Source of the DNA: Opitutales bacterium
Lineage (GTDB): Bacteria; Verrucomicrobiota; Verrucomicrobiia; Opitutales; UBA2987
Assembly (NCBI GenBank): GCA_965226885.1
Contig: CBDDEL010000013.1
Span: forward strand, 288,001-352,000
Length of the DNA stretch: 64,000 nucleotides
Reading direction: 5' to 3'
Shown here one piece after another: positions 63,356 to 64,000 of this stretch. Position numbers and translations under genes: made by a program. Below the pieces are notes generated by a model that worked only from the letters and a program-made list of their open reading frames with translations, did not search any database and had not been told where the DNA came from. The stretch's first letter is position 1; every line of letters starts with the position of its first letter.

Positions 63356-64000
63356 GAGGCTGTCCCAAAAATATAAAGATTTTATAGTCAACTGGATGAC
63401 GTTGATAAAAAGAGCCGGAAAGAGCAAGTTTTTGCTCGATCCGGCCAAAAAAGGGTTCTATAATTGAGTTAGCGAAAATCAATATAGCCCTTTCTATGAA
63501 AAATATAGCCATCCAATGCCTCCTGCGTCCAGCTTTAACTGTGGTCGACCGGTGCCTCGATTACGATAACTTCCGCGCCACCATTGATCGAATCGATCGG
63601 CTGCTGATCGACTCGGAGGTGGAATCGCAGGCCATTGAGCTGGCCTTGGAGGGGTGGCCGCCAATGGGTCTAAAGGCCCGGCGGCAGCGGGCCAGTTTTG
63701 CCATCAAGGCACTGCGCATGGATACGCTGGGCCGTCTGCTCGGAGGGATTTCGTTTCGGCATTTGTCGCGGGCTCTGGGCAGCAGCGATCTGTTGGCCGA
63801 CTTTTGCCGTGTCCGGCAGATCGATGGCATCAGGGGCATCTCCAAAAGCACCCTGGAGCGGGCCTCGAAGTTTTTCAGCGAAGAGCAGTTGAGGGCCTTG
63901 CACCGGACCTTGACTGAGGTGGTGGGCGATGCCCTTCTGGCCCGGCAGGTGGGATTGGACAAGCCGATTGACACCACCATTTGCCTGATCGACGGCACCT
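63356..64000 (+). mobile_element. IS5/ISNCY-like element running off the window (transposase from 63496)
   Basis: TA + GAGGCTGTCCCAAAA left TIR and the MKNIAIQC ORF. Confidence 0.95.

Noticed and set aside
1..64000. tRNA, rRNA, prophage, retron/reverse transcriptase, TnpB/IscB or defence-system genes
   Set aside because: No recognisable sequence or protein motifs found by eye; a covariance or HMM search could still reveal small RNAs.

Overview
This window comes from a bacterial chromosome, probably Verrucomicrobiota/Opitutales. That placement is inferred from a DUF5069-like gene, a prepilin/H-X9-DG gene and a Trp-rich C-terminal domain. The genome is undergoing a massive insertion-sequence expansion: about 33.6 kb of 64 kb (hand tally), and about 85% of the first 34 kb, is IS DNA. 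Eight IS types are present: IS630, two IS1-family types, two IS3-family types, IS21, IS1380, and a TA-targeting 493-aa IS5/ISNCY-like element. They are nested up to four deep, form tandem arrays and chimeras, and have left many truncated host genes. An IS-free housekeeping block at 34.2-53 kb holds an ABC permease, dapF, a family-B DNA polymerase, rnr, glyA, mpl, xerD, modAB and accA. An accessory catabolic region follows at 55.5-63.3 kb. The least explained signals are: (i) nine 10-24 bp tandem duplications with little or no junction microhomology, several of which frameshift genes; (ii) IS1380 copies flanked by CTAG/TTAG/CTAA tetranucleotides that are sometimes mismatched and often coincide with stop codons, reminiscent of piggyBac; (iii) a pseudoknot-capable 3' non-coding region in IS1380; (iv) an orphan integron attC site. 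Sequencing or assembly artefacts cannot be excluded for the small indels and duplications.
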